Program-made: the position numbers and the translations under genes
In this document: positions 40,108-49,498 of the stretch, piece after piece
Layout: each line of letters opens with the position of its first letter
Numbering within the stretch: the first letter of the stretch is position 1
Notes under the pieces: model-generated
The model's database searches: none
What the model saw: the letters and a program-made list of their open reading frames with translations, nothing else
Told to the model about the DNA's origin: nothing
Origin: Parcubacteria group bacterium
GTDB taxonomy: Bacteria > Patescibacteriota > Minisyncoccia > Moranbacterales > UBA11712
DNA: 64,000 nt
Assembly: GCA_041659685.1 (NCBI GenBank)
Contig: JBAZXV010000007.1
Location: forward strand, 6,348 to 70,347
Reading direction: 5' to 3'

Positions 40108-40208
40108 CTAAAAATGAAAACTAAAAATAATTTTCACATTTTGGCAGTCGATATTTCTCAAAGAACAGTCTTTTTCTGAAACCGCTAAACGAAAATTAAC
40201 GATCTCGG
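40108..40208 (-). promoter_or_regulatory. conserved promoter/leader module, copy 2 (upstream of gene 39671..40045)
   Basis: Direct repeat of 39501..39609. Confidence 0.5.
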
Positions 40209-40262
40209 AAAAAAAGAGGAGAGCGTCGCATAGCGTAGCCGCGAGCCCTCACCCGCATCCAA

Positions 40263-40460
40263 CTAGCGGATGCTTCCCAGATATTCCGGGTTTAGGCTGA
40301 AACAGAATTCTGCCTTGGCCTTCTCAGCTTCCTGTTCGCCAGGGTAAGAACCGTGGTGTTCCCATCCCAGAGGCAATTCCTCTTCGTTAAAAGGCAGAGG
40401 AACGACCATAGCGCCAACCAGGCTATAGCAACAATATACCGCGTGGGTGTGCTCTTGCAT
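40263..40460 (-). CDS. small hypothetical protein (65 aa)
   Basis: Strong SD GGAGGAG 4 nt upstream of the ATG; no known domain. Confidence 0.4.
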   Translation of the reverse strand: MQEHTHAVYCCYSLVGAMVVPLPFNEEELPLGWEHHGSYPGEQEAEKAKAEFCFSLNPEYLGSIR

Positions 40461-40840
40461 ACTCTCCTCCGTATTTGGCGATTTCGCCTTTTTAATTTTC
40501 CCTTCTTATGAAGAGAATGATGAACCCCGTCCCAAAGTGACTTATTCTTCAATAGGAAATTCAGTTTACAGTCAGGCTTTGCAGCGGGGCAAGGAAAAGC
40601 TTTGAAGGCTAAGATATTTAAGGCTGTATTATTATGTAATAACTAATAACCTAATATCTTTCTCCTTACTGCTTTTTCCCCTCCATCATTCTCTCCATAA
40701 AAACTCTCGATTTTAAGACTAACTATGTATTTTATCATATTTAAAACAGTTTGTCAATCTTAGGCAAAATGTGTGAAGAAATGTTTATATATACTTTATA
40801 TAAGGCATAAAAAGACTAAGTCTTAGGAGCTTCCCAAGAC

Positions 40841-41422
40841 TTAGTCTTGACAGTTGATGCTAAACCGCCATAAATATTCCCGACAGTGCTTAGCATAATC
40901 AATTCCGATTCTTTTGGACTTTTCTATTTTTGGAAGCTTGATTTTCGGATTGCGAGCTTCCAGCCATAATTTTTCTCCTCTCGTAAGATCCCATTCGTTG
41001 AGTTTTCGGTCAATACGGAGAAATTTGCAGAGTTTTCCCGGCCCATTGAGCTCCCTTTCCTCGAGACCCCTCCCTTGTCCTCCCCTTGATGAAGGGAGGG
41101 AATTTGAAGTTACTCTCGCTCCTCTTATCAGTACTGCCGCAGGGAAATCATTTCTCTCGGTGACAACATTGAGGCAATGATGCATTCCATAAATCATATA
41201 GACGTAGGCGCGCCCCTCCTTGCCGTACATCACTTCCGTTCTCGGAGTCCGGCCGCGGGAGGCATGGCAGGCAAGATCATTTTCTCCGACATAAGCTTCG
41301 GTTTCATTAATCATCGCGCGGATGATTTTTCCGCGATGCTTGCGGATCAAAAAACAACCCAAAAGGTTTTGGGCGACTTCGAGAGTCGGACGGGAATAAA
41401 AGTTGCGGGGAATAATTTTCAT
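40841..41422 (-). CDS. mpg: DNA-3-methyladenine glycosylase (Mpg/AAG family)
   Basis: FYSRPTLEVAQNLLGCFLIRK...ETEAYVGENDLACHASRG..YVYMIYGMHHCLNVV matches the Pfam AAG/Mpg fold. Confidence 0.8.
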   Translation of the reverse strand: MKIIPRNFYSRPTLEVAQNLLGCFLIRKHRGKIIRAMINETEAYVGENDLACHASRGRTPRTEVMYGKEGRAYVYMIYGMHHCLNVVTERNDFPAAVLIRGARVTSNSLPSSRGGQGRGLEERELNGPGKLCKFLRIDRKLNEWDLTRGEKLWLEARNPKIKLPKIEKSKRIGIDYAKHCREYLWRFSINCQD

Positions 41423-41444
41423 CGAATATTATTTCTTGGCGTTT

Positions 41445-42596
41445 TTATTTTGCGCTTATCGCATTGCTATAAACTTCCAGCATTTTTTTTGCGCAAACCG
41501 AAGAGGTATACTTTTCCTTTGCCGCTCTCTTTGCTGTTTCTCCTAAAATTTTTCGCAAATTATCATCGTCGATAAGCTCCTGAACCGCTTTGCCGAATTC
41601 TTCCTTTTCTTCCGCGACAAGAAACCCGGTTTTTCCGCTCTCGATCAAATCTTTTACACCCGCTGCCCGCACGGCGACAATCGGAAGGCCGGAATACATC
41701 GCTTCAGTGATAACCATTCCCTGTGTTTCCGATTTTGAAGCGTAAACGAAAATGTCTCCTGCGGCATAGTAATCTTTCTTTTCCTGTCCCTGCACCATGC
41801 CGGCGGAAATCAGTTTATCCGTCACCCCTTTCTTTTTCGCGATTATCATCATCTTTTCTCTTAAGTCGCCGTCTCCGCAAATCATGAATTTTGCCTTGGT
41901 ATTATTTTTGACAATCTCGGAGACTGCCTCGGCCAGAAACAGCACGTTTTTTTCAGCAGTCAGCCTTGAAATCAAGATCAGGAGAATGTCATCAGCCTTG
42001 ATTTCGTATTTTTTCCGCACTGTCTCCCGATTTGGATTTGCGAACTGCGTTTCCTCAACGCCGGTGGGAACGGAAACAATATTTTTATTGGTTACGCCCC
42101 AATTTTTGATAATCTCAATAACTGACGGAGTGGGGACTACCACGGTGTCGCATCGGTTGGCGTAATTTTTCGCATTTCGGATTGTCCACCAGGCTGCCAG
42201 TTTTCTCGGAACGAAAGGAAAATAATGAGCGTATTGGTCGAAGAGCGTATGCCAAGTGAAAACAAGAGGAATATTTTTTTTCTTTGCCCAGTGCATGGCT
42301 GCGCTTCCGAGAAGGTTCGGGTGCTGGGAATGGATGATATCGAGGTTGAGGTCCCTGAGTATTTTGTGAATTTCCTGGGAATATGGAATTGCCAATGGAA
42401 ATTTTATTTTTGTTCTCGTCTCGATCGAGGGATAGCGAAAAACCCTCGGATTATTGTCTTTATAACCTTTCCATTCCGCGGCAAAGATGAAAACTTCATG
42501 TCCCAATCTTTCGAATTCTTTTCGAAAACTTTCAACTGATCCGGAAACGCCGTAGGGATTGGGAAGATAGTTGTTTGTAAAAAATGCTATTCGCAT
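41445..42596 (-). CDS. glycosyltransferase family 4 (GT-B, group 1)
   Basis: 383 aa; N-terminal GT4 domain and C-terminal Glycos_transf_1 with the EX7E-like region. Confidence 0.85.
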   Translation of the reverse strand: MRIAFFTNNYLPNPYGVSGSVESFRKEFERLGHEVFIFAAEWKGYKDNNPRVFRYPSIETRTKIKFPLAIPYSQEIHKILRDLNLDIIHSQHPNLLGSAAMHWAKKKNIPLVFTWHTLFDQYAHYFPFVPRKLAAWWTIRNAKNYANRCDTVVVPTPSVIEIIKNWGVTNKNIVSVPTGVEETQFANPNRETVRKKYEIKADDILLILISRLTAEKNVLFLAEAVSEIVKNNTKAKFMICGDGDLREKMMIIAKKKGVTDKLISAGMVQGQEKKDYYAAGDIFVYASKSETQGMVITEAMYSGLPIVAVRAAGVKDLIESGKTGFLVAEEKEEFGKAVQELIDDDNLRKILGETAKRAAKEKYTSSVCAKKMLEVYSNAISAK

Positions 42597-42708
42597 AATA
42601 TCAAATCCTAAATCCTAACATCTAAATTCTAAATAATACCAAAATTTAAAAAATAAAAACACAAAACTTTTTAAATTTTTATTTTGGTCATTTGATATTG
42701 TTTAGAAC

Positions 42709-43464
42709 TTAGGATTTAGCGCTTAGGATTTCTTGGATAAAATCCCCTATTTTCTCCCATACTTCTTTCTTTTGCGCAAACACATGGTATGCGTTTTTGA
42801 TCCAAAAGATTTCTTTCTTTTTTGATTCCGTATCATCAAAAATTATTTGCGGGGATTCCTTTGAGACCATATGGTCTGATGTTGACTGCATGATGAGAAT
42901 CGGTTTTATGACGCGGGGAAGAAATTTTCGCGTCGCTTCGGACAAACGCACAACCTCTTTCGCGCTCTCGATAGGGTAATACATATACACTTTCCGGTCG
43001 CCCATTTCTTTCCGGACCCACGGCGGATAATATTTTCTGCGGTATTTTTTCGTGAGTCCCATAAAAAAAAGAGCCAGCTTGGCAAGATAATGCAGCCGGT
43101 ATTTAACTGCCGCTCCCATGGTAATGACACCGGCGACTGACTCGTCACGGGACAAGAGAAGGGCTAAGTCTCCCCCCATCGATATTCCTCCGATAAAAAC
43201 TTTTTCGGAATGGCGCTTAAGCTTCTCGAGCTCCTGCCTGCCCTGGGAAAGCCAATCTTTCCATTTGACGTGCTGGAGATCTTCCGGCCGGGATCCGTGG
43301 CCCAAAAGAAGCGGACCAGACACGGAGTAGCCGGAAGAATTAAGATATTTTGCTAGCGGCAAAAGTTCGTCGGGAGGGGATGTCCATCCATGAAGCAGAA
43401 GCACTCCGACGCCGTTTGTCCCTTGCAGAAAAAATGCTTTTCCGATATGTTCGTTCTTTTCCAT
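42709..43464 (-). CDS. alpha/beta hydrolase (carboxylesterase-like)
   Basis: HGWTS oxyanion region, nucleophile elbow GISMGG, distal DH and H motifs. Confidence 0.75.
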   Translation of the reverse strand: MEKNEHIGKAFFLQGTNGVGVLLLHGWTSPPDELLPLAKYLNSSGYSVSGPLLLGHGSRPEDLQHVKWKDWLSQGRQELEKLKRHSEKVFIGGISMGGDLALLLSRDESVAGVITMGAAVKYRLHYLAKLALFFMGLTKKYRRKYYPPWVRKEMGDRKVYMYYPIESAKEVVRLSEATRKFLPRVIKPILIMQSTSDHMVSKESPQIIFDDTESKKKEIFWIKNAYHVFAQKKEVWEKIGDFIQEILSAKS

Positions 43465-43524
43465 TCAATGGAATATTCCAGCATTCTTAAAATTAAGATC
43501 TTAAGAAATATGAAAATATAATGG

Positions 43525-45309
43525 TTAAAATAATTCCCCCCAAAGCACCCGTTCGCTTTTTTTGATTCCTTTTTTTGCGTTTTTTTCAGTTTCTGATTCT
43601 ATCTTAGGTTCCTTAAGACTTTCTTTTTCGCTGTTTTTTGGCTGATCCGGCTTGAGCCTGAGTTCCTGAACAGCTAACTTATCGAATGTCTCGTTGTAAA
43701 CCAGATCAAACTTAGGCTGATAGTGTTTGGGCAGGGATTCAAAGTTTCCGCCGTCTGTCGTGATGGAAAAATACCGGCCGGAAAAATCGCGCGTCTTATA
43801 AGAAAAATATTCATAATCAATTTGAGGATTATTGGTTTCGAGCAGATAAAGGGGCGGGTTGCGGAGCTCAAGATTTCCGTAAAAATAAAGTTTTGCAGGA
43901 GCTTCCTTCCATTTCTTTTCCAGATAGTCTGCTATTTCCTCAAAATCCGCAAGAGTTACCGCCTTTGGATATTGTATGAAAGACAGGCGGTTTCCCAAAA
44001 CATTAAATTTCCCTCCATTTTTCAGCTTGTTAAACCAGGCCCCTGTTGCTTCAAGATTGAGGCCAATGACGGAAAGGGCGAGGATAATCGCGGCCGCGGA
44101 TACAAAGTTTCGGTATTTTTCACCTTTCATCATCCATTCGATTCCCATGCCGACAAAAATAAAGGGGATGAAAATTTCAAAAAACAGAAAGCGCGGTTTT
44201 ATCTGAAAGGCAAAGGGAATGAGAATTAAGAAGGAAACTCCGGCCCAAACAAAAATGAGCTTTAAGAAATTTTTTCGTTTCTCATTCTCTTCTTTTCGGA
44301 TTCCATGTATGAGATACCCCGCTCCGAAAATGGACAGGACAATTCCGGCGAGAAGAGAGGCTTTTCCAGTGGGGCTGATATAGGTTGTTAAGATCACTGT
44401 GTAATAATTGGCGCGCGAGGTTATGCTGGCTTTTATATTTTCGAAAAGGCCGTGCTGCTGGGGCTTATACTCGAAAGCCCATATGAATTGTTTTATGTTA
44501 TCACCTTGCATCTTTATGTCGCTCAAGATGACCGGTAAAAAAAGAATTATGATTGTCGAAGCGAAAAAAACAATTTCTTTCCAGGAGTAATTGCGCCATT
44601 TGCCCGTCCACAAAAGAAAAAAGAAGAAAACCGCCGGAATAGCCGCCAATACCACAAAATGGAGTTGTCCGGCGATAGCCCAGCCAATAGCGGCCGCGGA
44701 GAGCCAAATGTATTTTTTCTTTTTCTGGTTTTCATCGATTGATTTCAAAAGAGCAAAGAAAGTAAGCAGCGTCCAAAAGGGGACAGAGTTTGGATTCCAG
44801 GCGAATCGCGAAAACTGGATCATTACGAAATTGAAAGCATACAAAGAAGCGACAAGGAGCGCAGTCCCTTTACTGAAAAAATAACGGAGAAAAAGAAAAA
44901 AGAGAGGGATCGTGAGGATGGAGAAAAGAAGATCCGGGTAGGCAAAGACGGGCGGAGCGACCGAATGGAAAATTTCAGCGGAAAGATATTGGAAATAATA
45001 GAAGATGGGGCCGAGCCGGACAAAAGTTCCGCCGGCTCTTGGTCCGAGAAGGGGAAGGTGGGAAGGTCCTTCCTTTACGGCTTCCGAAACGAGATAGGCA
45101 TCCCTTGTCTGGTCCATTCCAAAATGAAGCCAGCTGTCGAATTTATAAACTCTCAGAAAAATCGCGAGCGCCACAATTAAAATCAAAGCTGGGTATTCCC
45201 AGTTTTTTTTGATCCAATCGATTGTCCCTGGCCCATTTTCTTTTCGCATATTAAATCGGGATAATCTTATATCAGCTCGTCCCTTTTTTTCCGCAAGAAG
45301 CCGGCCCAT
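43525..45309 (-). CDS. GT-C fold membrane glycosyltransferase (ArnT/PMT GT39/GT83-like)
   Basis: 594 aa, ~10 N-terminal TM with an early DQTRD-type loop after TM1, large C-terminal extracytoplasmic domain. Confidence 0.55.
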   Translation of the reverse strand: MGRLLAEKKGRADIRLSRFNMRKENGPGTIDWIKKNWEYPALILIVALAIFLRVYKFDSWLHFGMDQTRDAYLVSEAVKEGPSHLPLLGPRAGGTFVRLGPIFYYFQYLSAEIFHSVAPPVFAYPDLLFSILTIPLFFLFLRYFFSKGTALLVASLYAFNFVMIQFSRFAWNPNSVPFWTLLTFFALLKSIDENQKKKKYIWLSAAAIGWAIAGQLHFVVLAAIPAVFFFFLLWTGKWRNYSWKEIVFFASTIIILFLPVILSDIKMQGDNIKQFIWAFEYKPQQHGLFENIKASITSRANYYTVILTTYISPTGKASLLAGIVLSIFGAGYLIHGIRKEENEKRKNFLKLIFVWAGVSFLILIPFAFQIKPRFLFFEIFIPFIFVGMGIEWMMKGEKYRNFVSAAAIILALSVIGLNLEATGAWFNKLKNGGKFNVLGNRLSFIQYPKAVTLADFEEIADYLEKKWKEAPAKLYFYGNLELRNPPLYLLETNNPQIDYEYFSYKTRDFSGRYFSITTDGGNFESLPKHYQPKFDLVYNETFDKLAVQELRLKPDQPKNSEKESLKEPKIESETEKNAKKGIKKSERVLWGELF

Positions 45310-46883
45310 TGCTGGATAAATCGAACCACGACTTTAAAAGGAGCCTCAACGATAACATCGAAAAAAAGGATCAGAATGTTAACTCTTGAGAAGTTGATGG
45401 ACATCCATTTTCCGAGACGGACGAAAGGAAGAGACAAGGTGTCGATTATTACTCCGGTAATACCCTCCCTTTCTTTGGCCACTAGAAGTTCTCTTATGGG
45501 TTGGCGAACCAAAGCGTTAAAGAAGCTTACCACACTGAACAGAAAAAGGAATATCAGAATTCCGACCCAGTTGAAATGAAGTATATCCAGTATCCACAGA
45601 GCCAAACCGAATGAAATTGCGTAGGTAACGATAAAAAACCCATTCACTGCCCAATCGGAGGCGTTTTTGAGTTCATTCAGGTTAATTGCGGCAATAGGCT
45701 CTTCCTTTTTTTCATACACAATTTCTTCGGCCCCTTTTGCGATCAATTTCGAATTTTCCTGGCTGGGCCTTCGGATTGTCGCCGACATGAGAACCAGATA
45801 GAGGGGCGGAAAGATTAGGTTTATGTAAATTGGCAGGAAAGTGGTCTCTCCGGCGACATATGCATCGTACGGGTATTCAACGGCGACCGCCAGAATAATC
45901 TTCGTTATAATAAGGAATATTAAGCTTCTTTTCACCCTCTTTCTGAATCTTTTCATCTCCCGGCTGTAAACATCATCGGCTGACATCTGCACTGTAAATT
46001 TCAGGGATTCCGGGTTGGCCAGTATTTTGTCGATTTTTCCGATGTTGGCGAGGGCCGCCTCATAGAAAATATTGAAATAGACGGAATATTTTCGAATGGC
46101 AAATCCAATTTTGGTGGAAAGGGGATTCTCAAGTTTATCCCGAAGCGCTTTTTCTATTTGGGGAAGTTCGGCTGCGCTTTTTTCAATTTCATTTTCAGAA
46201 ATATCCTCTTTGAACCAATCGGGCAGATAAATCTTAAGAAGGGAGTAGTTCAGGGTTGCGTTATCAAGCTTTGAAAGGGATCTCAGGACTGCCAGGAAGA
46301 TCTGAATATCTTTGTCTCCCTCGCGCAATTTTCCGCCATTTTTTACGACGATTCTTTCTTTCACTGTCTGATACATTGCTCGTGAAAGGGCGTATCTGGA
46401 TGGGTTTGGGAATATGATTTCTTCGATTTCGCAGGAAGCCATGGCCGTGAGCCACTTTTTCATTTGATAGTTTCTTATTCTTTTGACAGCTATTTGATAT
46501 TTGGCGACGGTGTTTTTGATTCGATCCCTCAATTTTTTGTCTGCACTTTCCTTCCGGAGATATCCAGCCATCACGATTTCGTTTAAAAAGGTGTCGGAAA
46601 AATTTTGCTGGCGAAGTTCAATGATCAGGTTTCTCTTGAGAATGCGCTCTATGGCGGTTCTTTTTATGAGATGGTCGTCCTTATATTCGATAAGATTTCG
46701 CACTTTTTCATATACTTTCGCCATGCTTTCTCCCGCCTCTTCGATCTCGCTTTCCTTTTCCGCCTCTTCTTTGCGATCTTCCTCCTTCTTTTCTTCGGCA
46801 ATCAGGTTTGTTTTCAGTTCAGCAATAAAATCAGCTATTGGCTGATTGATTTCCGCTCGCGATTTATTTTTTTCCTCACTCAT
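45267..46883 (-). CDS. hypothetical membrane protein (acidic coiled-coil N-terminus, 4-5 C-terminal TM)
   Basis: 538 aa, no recognisable catalytic motif. Confidence 0.45.
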   Translation of the reverse strand: MSEEKNKSRAEINQPIADFIAELKTNLIAEEKKEEDRKEEAEKESEIEEAGESMAKVYEKVRNLIEYKDDHLIKRTAIERILKRNLIIELRQQNFSDTFLNEIVMAGYLRKESADKKLRDRIKNTVAKYQIAVKRIRNYQMKKWLTAMASCEIEEIIFPNPSRYALSRAMYQTVKERIVVKNGGKLREGDKDIQIFLAVLRSLSKLDNATLNYSLLKIYLPDWFKEDISENEIEKSAAELPQIEKALRDKLENPLSTKIGFAIRKYSVYFNIFYEAALANIGKIDKILANPESLKFTVQMSADDVYSREMKRFRKRVKRSLIFLIITKIILAVAVEYPYDAYVAGETTFLPIYINLIFPPLYLVLMSATIRRPSQENSKLIAKGAEEIVYEKKEEPIAAINLNELKNASDWAVNGFFIVTYAISFGLALWILDILHFNWVGILIFLFLFSVVSFFNALVRQPIRELLVAKEREGITGVIIDTLSLPFVRLGKWMSINFSRVNILILFFDVIVEAPFKVVVRFIQQWAGFLRKKRDELI

Positions 46884-47092
46884 ATTGTTTGTTTGGATTA
46901 GCGAATAAATTGTAGCATTTTAAGGGGCGAAATGTAAATATCCGCTGAAACCTTATTGACTAACCTGTCTTTTTCCGATAGAATAACCCTTGTAACTTGG
47001 ATTTCAGACCGATTAACTGCTGATTTTGCAGGAGCCGGGCGATCATCAGGGAACGGCTCAAGAACGGAGATTAGTCAAAAAACAAGAACCAT

Positions 47093-47169
47093 GGCCCTAT
47101 CGTCTAGTGGTTAGGACAGCGGGTTTTTGACCCTGCGGGTCATCACCCGCAGGGTGACAATCCGTTAAC
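47093..47169 (+). pseudogene. truncated 5' copy of tRNA-Glu (first 47 tRNA nt) disrupted by a 30-nt hairpin in the anticodon; lacks T-arm and acceptor 3' strand
   Basis: Identical to nt 1-35 and 36-47 of the tRNA-Glu at 47424; insert tgaccctgcgggtcatcacccgcagggtga between anticodon positions 35 and 36. Confidence 0.55.
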
Positions 47170-47173
47170 ATAT

Positions 47174-47416
47174 ATGAATTACGTTTACATTTTGAAAAGC
47201 ATGGCAGAAAATTGGGCTTATATCGGATGTTGTGACGATTTAAGAAAAAGATTTTTACAACACAATTGCGGTAAAGTAAGATCGACAAAAGCGCGCCGTC
47301 CATATAAACTGGCTTATTATGAAGCTTACGGTGATTTAAGCTTAGCGCGGAAAAGAGAATTTGAACTGAAAAATAACAATAGCAAGAAGGAAGAACTGTT
47401 TGGAAGAATATTTTGA
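47174..47416 (+). CDS. GIY-YIG nuclease superfamily protein (UPF0213/Slx1-like small endonuclease)
   Basis: YVYILKS...WAYIGCCDDLRKRFLQHNCGK...STKARRPYKLAYYEAY matches the GIY-YIG catalytic module; 80 aa. Confidence 0.75.
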   Translation: MNYVYILKSMAENWAYIGCCDDLRKRFLQHNCGKVRSTKARRPYKLAYYEAYGDLSLARKREFELKNNNSKKEELFGRIF

Positions 47417-47423
47417 GAGACAT

Positions 47424-47495
47424 GGCCCTATCGTCTAGTGGTTAGGACAGCGGGTTTTCAATCCGTTAACCGGGGTTCGATTCCCCGTAGGGCTA
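47424..47495 (+). tRNA. tRNA-Glu (anticodon TTC)
   Basis: Acceptor GGCCCTA/TAGGGCT, D-arm GTCTAGTGGTTAGGAC, anticodon loop TTTTCAA, T-arm CGGGGTTCGATTCCCCG. Confidence 0.85.
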
Positions 47496-47505
47496 CGCAC
47501 AAAAA

Positions 47506-47529
47506 TGAGGCTTATGAAAGCCTTTTTTT
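47506..47529 (+). terminator. rho-independent terminator after tRNA-Glu
   Basis: aggctt-atga-aagcct followed by a T7 run. Confidence 0.55.
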
Positions 47530-47570
47530 ATATATAAGGCCTACAAAAATTAATAATAGTTCTCTTGAAC

Positions 47571-47619
47571 ATGCGTAGGTATGCATAGGTTTGCATAGGT
47601 TGTAATACTGTGCTATACT
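47571..47619 (+). promoter_or_regulatory. three tandem 10-bp repeats (ATGCRTAGGT) overlapping a TTGCAT-17-TATACT promoter
   Basis: atgcgtaggt atgcataggt ttgcataggt at 47571-47600; -10 TATACT at 47614-47619. Confidence 0.5.
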
Positions 47620-47642
47620 GGAAACAGCTAAATAATGATTTT

Positions 47643-48386
47643 ATGGAACAAAAACCATTAATTTCAATCGGAGAGGCTGCCAAAAAAATGCATATTTCGA
47701 TAGATACCTTAAGGCGTTGGGACAATGAAGGACGTTTTCCGGCTGTCCGGTTAAGCGGAAAACGCTTCTATAGAGCGAGTGACATTGAAAAATATTTGGC
47801 AAAATTAACCATAGCAGAGGTGGATATTTTTGAAGCAGCGAAAAAATGGGCTTCGAACAACTCGGCGACCGAGCCCGATCAGTTGTTTTATTGTAAAGAT
47901 AGTTCAGTTTTTCAATATCGGCTGCACAAATTAGAAAATGCTCTCAGCGGTATCGCTAAAATAAGAGATTCATTTCCCTTGCTTACATCTATAACCGGTG
48001 AAATAGGCAACAATTCTTTCGATCACAATATTGGACAATGGCCGGACATACCTGGAATATTTTTCGGTTATGACATAGAGAGAAGAGAGATTGTATTAGC
48101 TGACAGAGGACAGGGAATTCTAGCTACTTTAAAAAGAGTAAAAAAAGAGTTGTCGTCGGATGCAGAAGCTTTGCGAGTCGCGTTTACGGAAATAATTTCT
48201 GGACGTTCCCCTGAAGCAAGAGGCAATGGATTGAAGTATGTGAAGGAAGTTGTCATGGAAAACGATATTTACCTTTTTTTTCAAACTGGCAATGCTGGGT
48301 TAGAATTAGAGAAAGGCGATCAAGCTCTTAATATTATAAAAGTAGACAACCACATTCGTGGTTGCATAGCTTTAATAAAATTTTAA
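47643..48386 (+). CDS. MerR/excisionase-type HTH fused to GHKL (anti-sigma-kinase RsbW/SpoIIAB-like) ATPase; the ORF track begins at 47610 but the promoter -10 box (47614-19) sits inside that extension
   Basis: HTH ISIGEAAKKMHISIDTLRRWDNEGRFPAV; GHKL N-box GEIGNNSFDHN, G1 ADRGQGI, G2 ARGNGLKYV. Confidence 0.65.
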   Translation: MEQKPLISIGEAAKKMHISIDTLRRWDNEGRFPAVRLSGKRFYRASDIEKYLAKLTIAEVDIFEAAKKWASNNSATEPDQLFYCKDSSVFQYRLHKLENALSGIAKIRDSFPLLTSITGEIGNNSFDHNIGQWPDIPGIFFGYDIERREIVLADRGQGILATLKRVKKELSSDAEALRVAFTEIISGRSPEARGNGLKYVKEVVMENDIYLFFQTGNAGLELEKGDQALNIIKVDNHIRGCIALIKF

Positions 48387-48394
48387 GTTAAAAT

Positions 48395-48688
48395 ATGAAT
48401 ATTGAACTAAAAAAATTTGGAACTACGCTTACTTCCAGACAATCTGGCAAAGAAGCTTTGGCGGCTATTCAACCCAGTTTTAAATCAGTCTCGGAGAAAG
48501 AGGATATCATGGTTGATTTCGCTGGGGTCGTTACCTTTTCCCCTTCATGGGGAGATGAATTTATAACCCCTCTTTATGAAAGATATGGGGATAGATTAAT
48601 TCTTAAGAATACTGCTAACTCTTCCGTGCAAGCAACGCTGCGTTTACTCGGAGGCATAATAAAGACTCAATTCAGGGAGATTGACTAA
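48395..48688 (+). CDS. STAS-like (DUF4325-type) small protein, putative GHKL partner
   Basis: 97 aa; size and spacing of an anti-sigma-antagonist-like partner directly after a GHKL gene; assignment by pattern only. Confidence 0.45.
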   Translation: MNIELKKFGTTLTSRQSGKEALAAIQPSFKSVSEKEDIMVDFAGVVTFSPSWGDEFITPLYERYGDRLILKNTANSSVQATLRLLGGIIKTQFREID

Positions 48689-48706
48689 TCGGTTTACTAA
48701 AAAATT

Positions 48707-49357
48707 ATGGAAAGAAAAGAACAAAAGAATATAATCAAGCCGGAGATTATTGCTAATCATATAACAACTTTTGCTGAACAAATAGTTTCTTTAGCGCAAA
48801 AAAAGGGAAAGGTGACAGCGGAGTTTAATGATATTATGCTCACCGCCGACAGGGAATCGAGTGTGCAGAACATCATTGATGATTACAGAAGAAAAGTTGA
48901 TGAGGGTGACGAACAATACTATAATTCGCCCAAAGGGAAGCGTGCGGCTCTTGAGATTGAAAAACTGAAAGAAAAAGAAAAACAAGAGAAGGAGCGCAGA
49001 GTCCTTGAGAGTGAAAAACGGACAGAGGAAGTGCAACGGAAACACGATGAATTGATGCAACAATTGCCCAATTTGGATTTTGCCAACTATTCTTCGGTTC
49101 TGAATTGGCTCTGCGAATTTCAAGATCCCAGCAGACAAATCGGAGTTGTGAAGCGTCAAAGCGAAGTTCTGGACATATTCGCGAAGCATGGCTATCAGCC
49201 TCTTAGTGAAGCGGCTGATAACGAGTCTTCCGATGCCGAAAGCCGAGCTCGATATATCATTAGTCGAGCGCTCGATGATTTAAAGAGCGTCGCGGGCGCT
49301 ATTCACCCAGCTATTCACAAGTTCGCTAAAGATTGGAAGAAGCAGTTTAAAGCTTAA
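48707..49357 (+). CDS. hypothetical protein with central charged coiled-coil (216 aa)
   Basis: KE-rich coiled-coil region; no identifiable catalytic motif. Confidence 0.4.
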   Translation: MERKEQKNIIKPEIIANHITTFAEQIVSLAQKKGKVTAEFNDIMLTADRESSVQNIIDDYRRKVDEGDEQYYNSPKGKRAALEIEKLKEKEKQEKERRVLESEKRTEEVQRKHDELMQQLPNLDFANYSSVLNWLCEFQDPSRQIGVVKRQSEVLDIFAKHGYQPLSEAADNESSDAESRARYIISRALDDLKSVAGAIHPAIHKFAKDWKKQFKA

Positions 49358-49498
49358 TGGCTGCGCATCTTTAATTCCTCGATAACTTGGTTCCAACTAT
49401 TGAGTAGGTAGTCTGCCAGTTTCATACTTCCAGGATATTTTTAACTTTCTCTTCGGAGATTTTCAAAAATTACAGTTGTTTTTACATCACTATTTTCT

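Noticed and set aside
40812-40848. Twin 13-bp palindromes (AAGACTAAGTCTT and AAGACTTAGTCTT), considered as a terminator for mpg
   Set aside because: They are AT-rich with no following U-tract on either strand. They are more likely a protein-binding site; they are noted but no feature is called.
47571-47600. Tandem 10-bp repeats, considered as a possible CRISPR or minisatellite
   Set aside because: There are only 3 units of 10 bp with no spacers, and they overlap a promoter -35 box. An operator is more likely than a CRISPR array.
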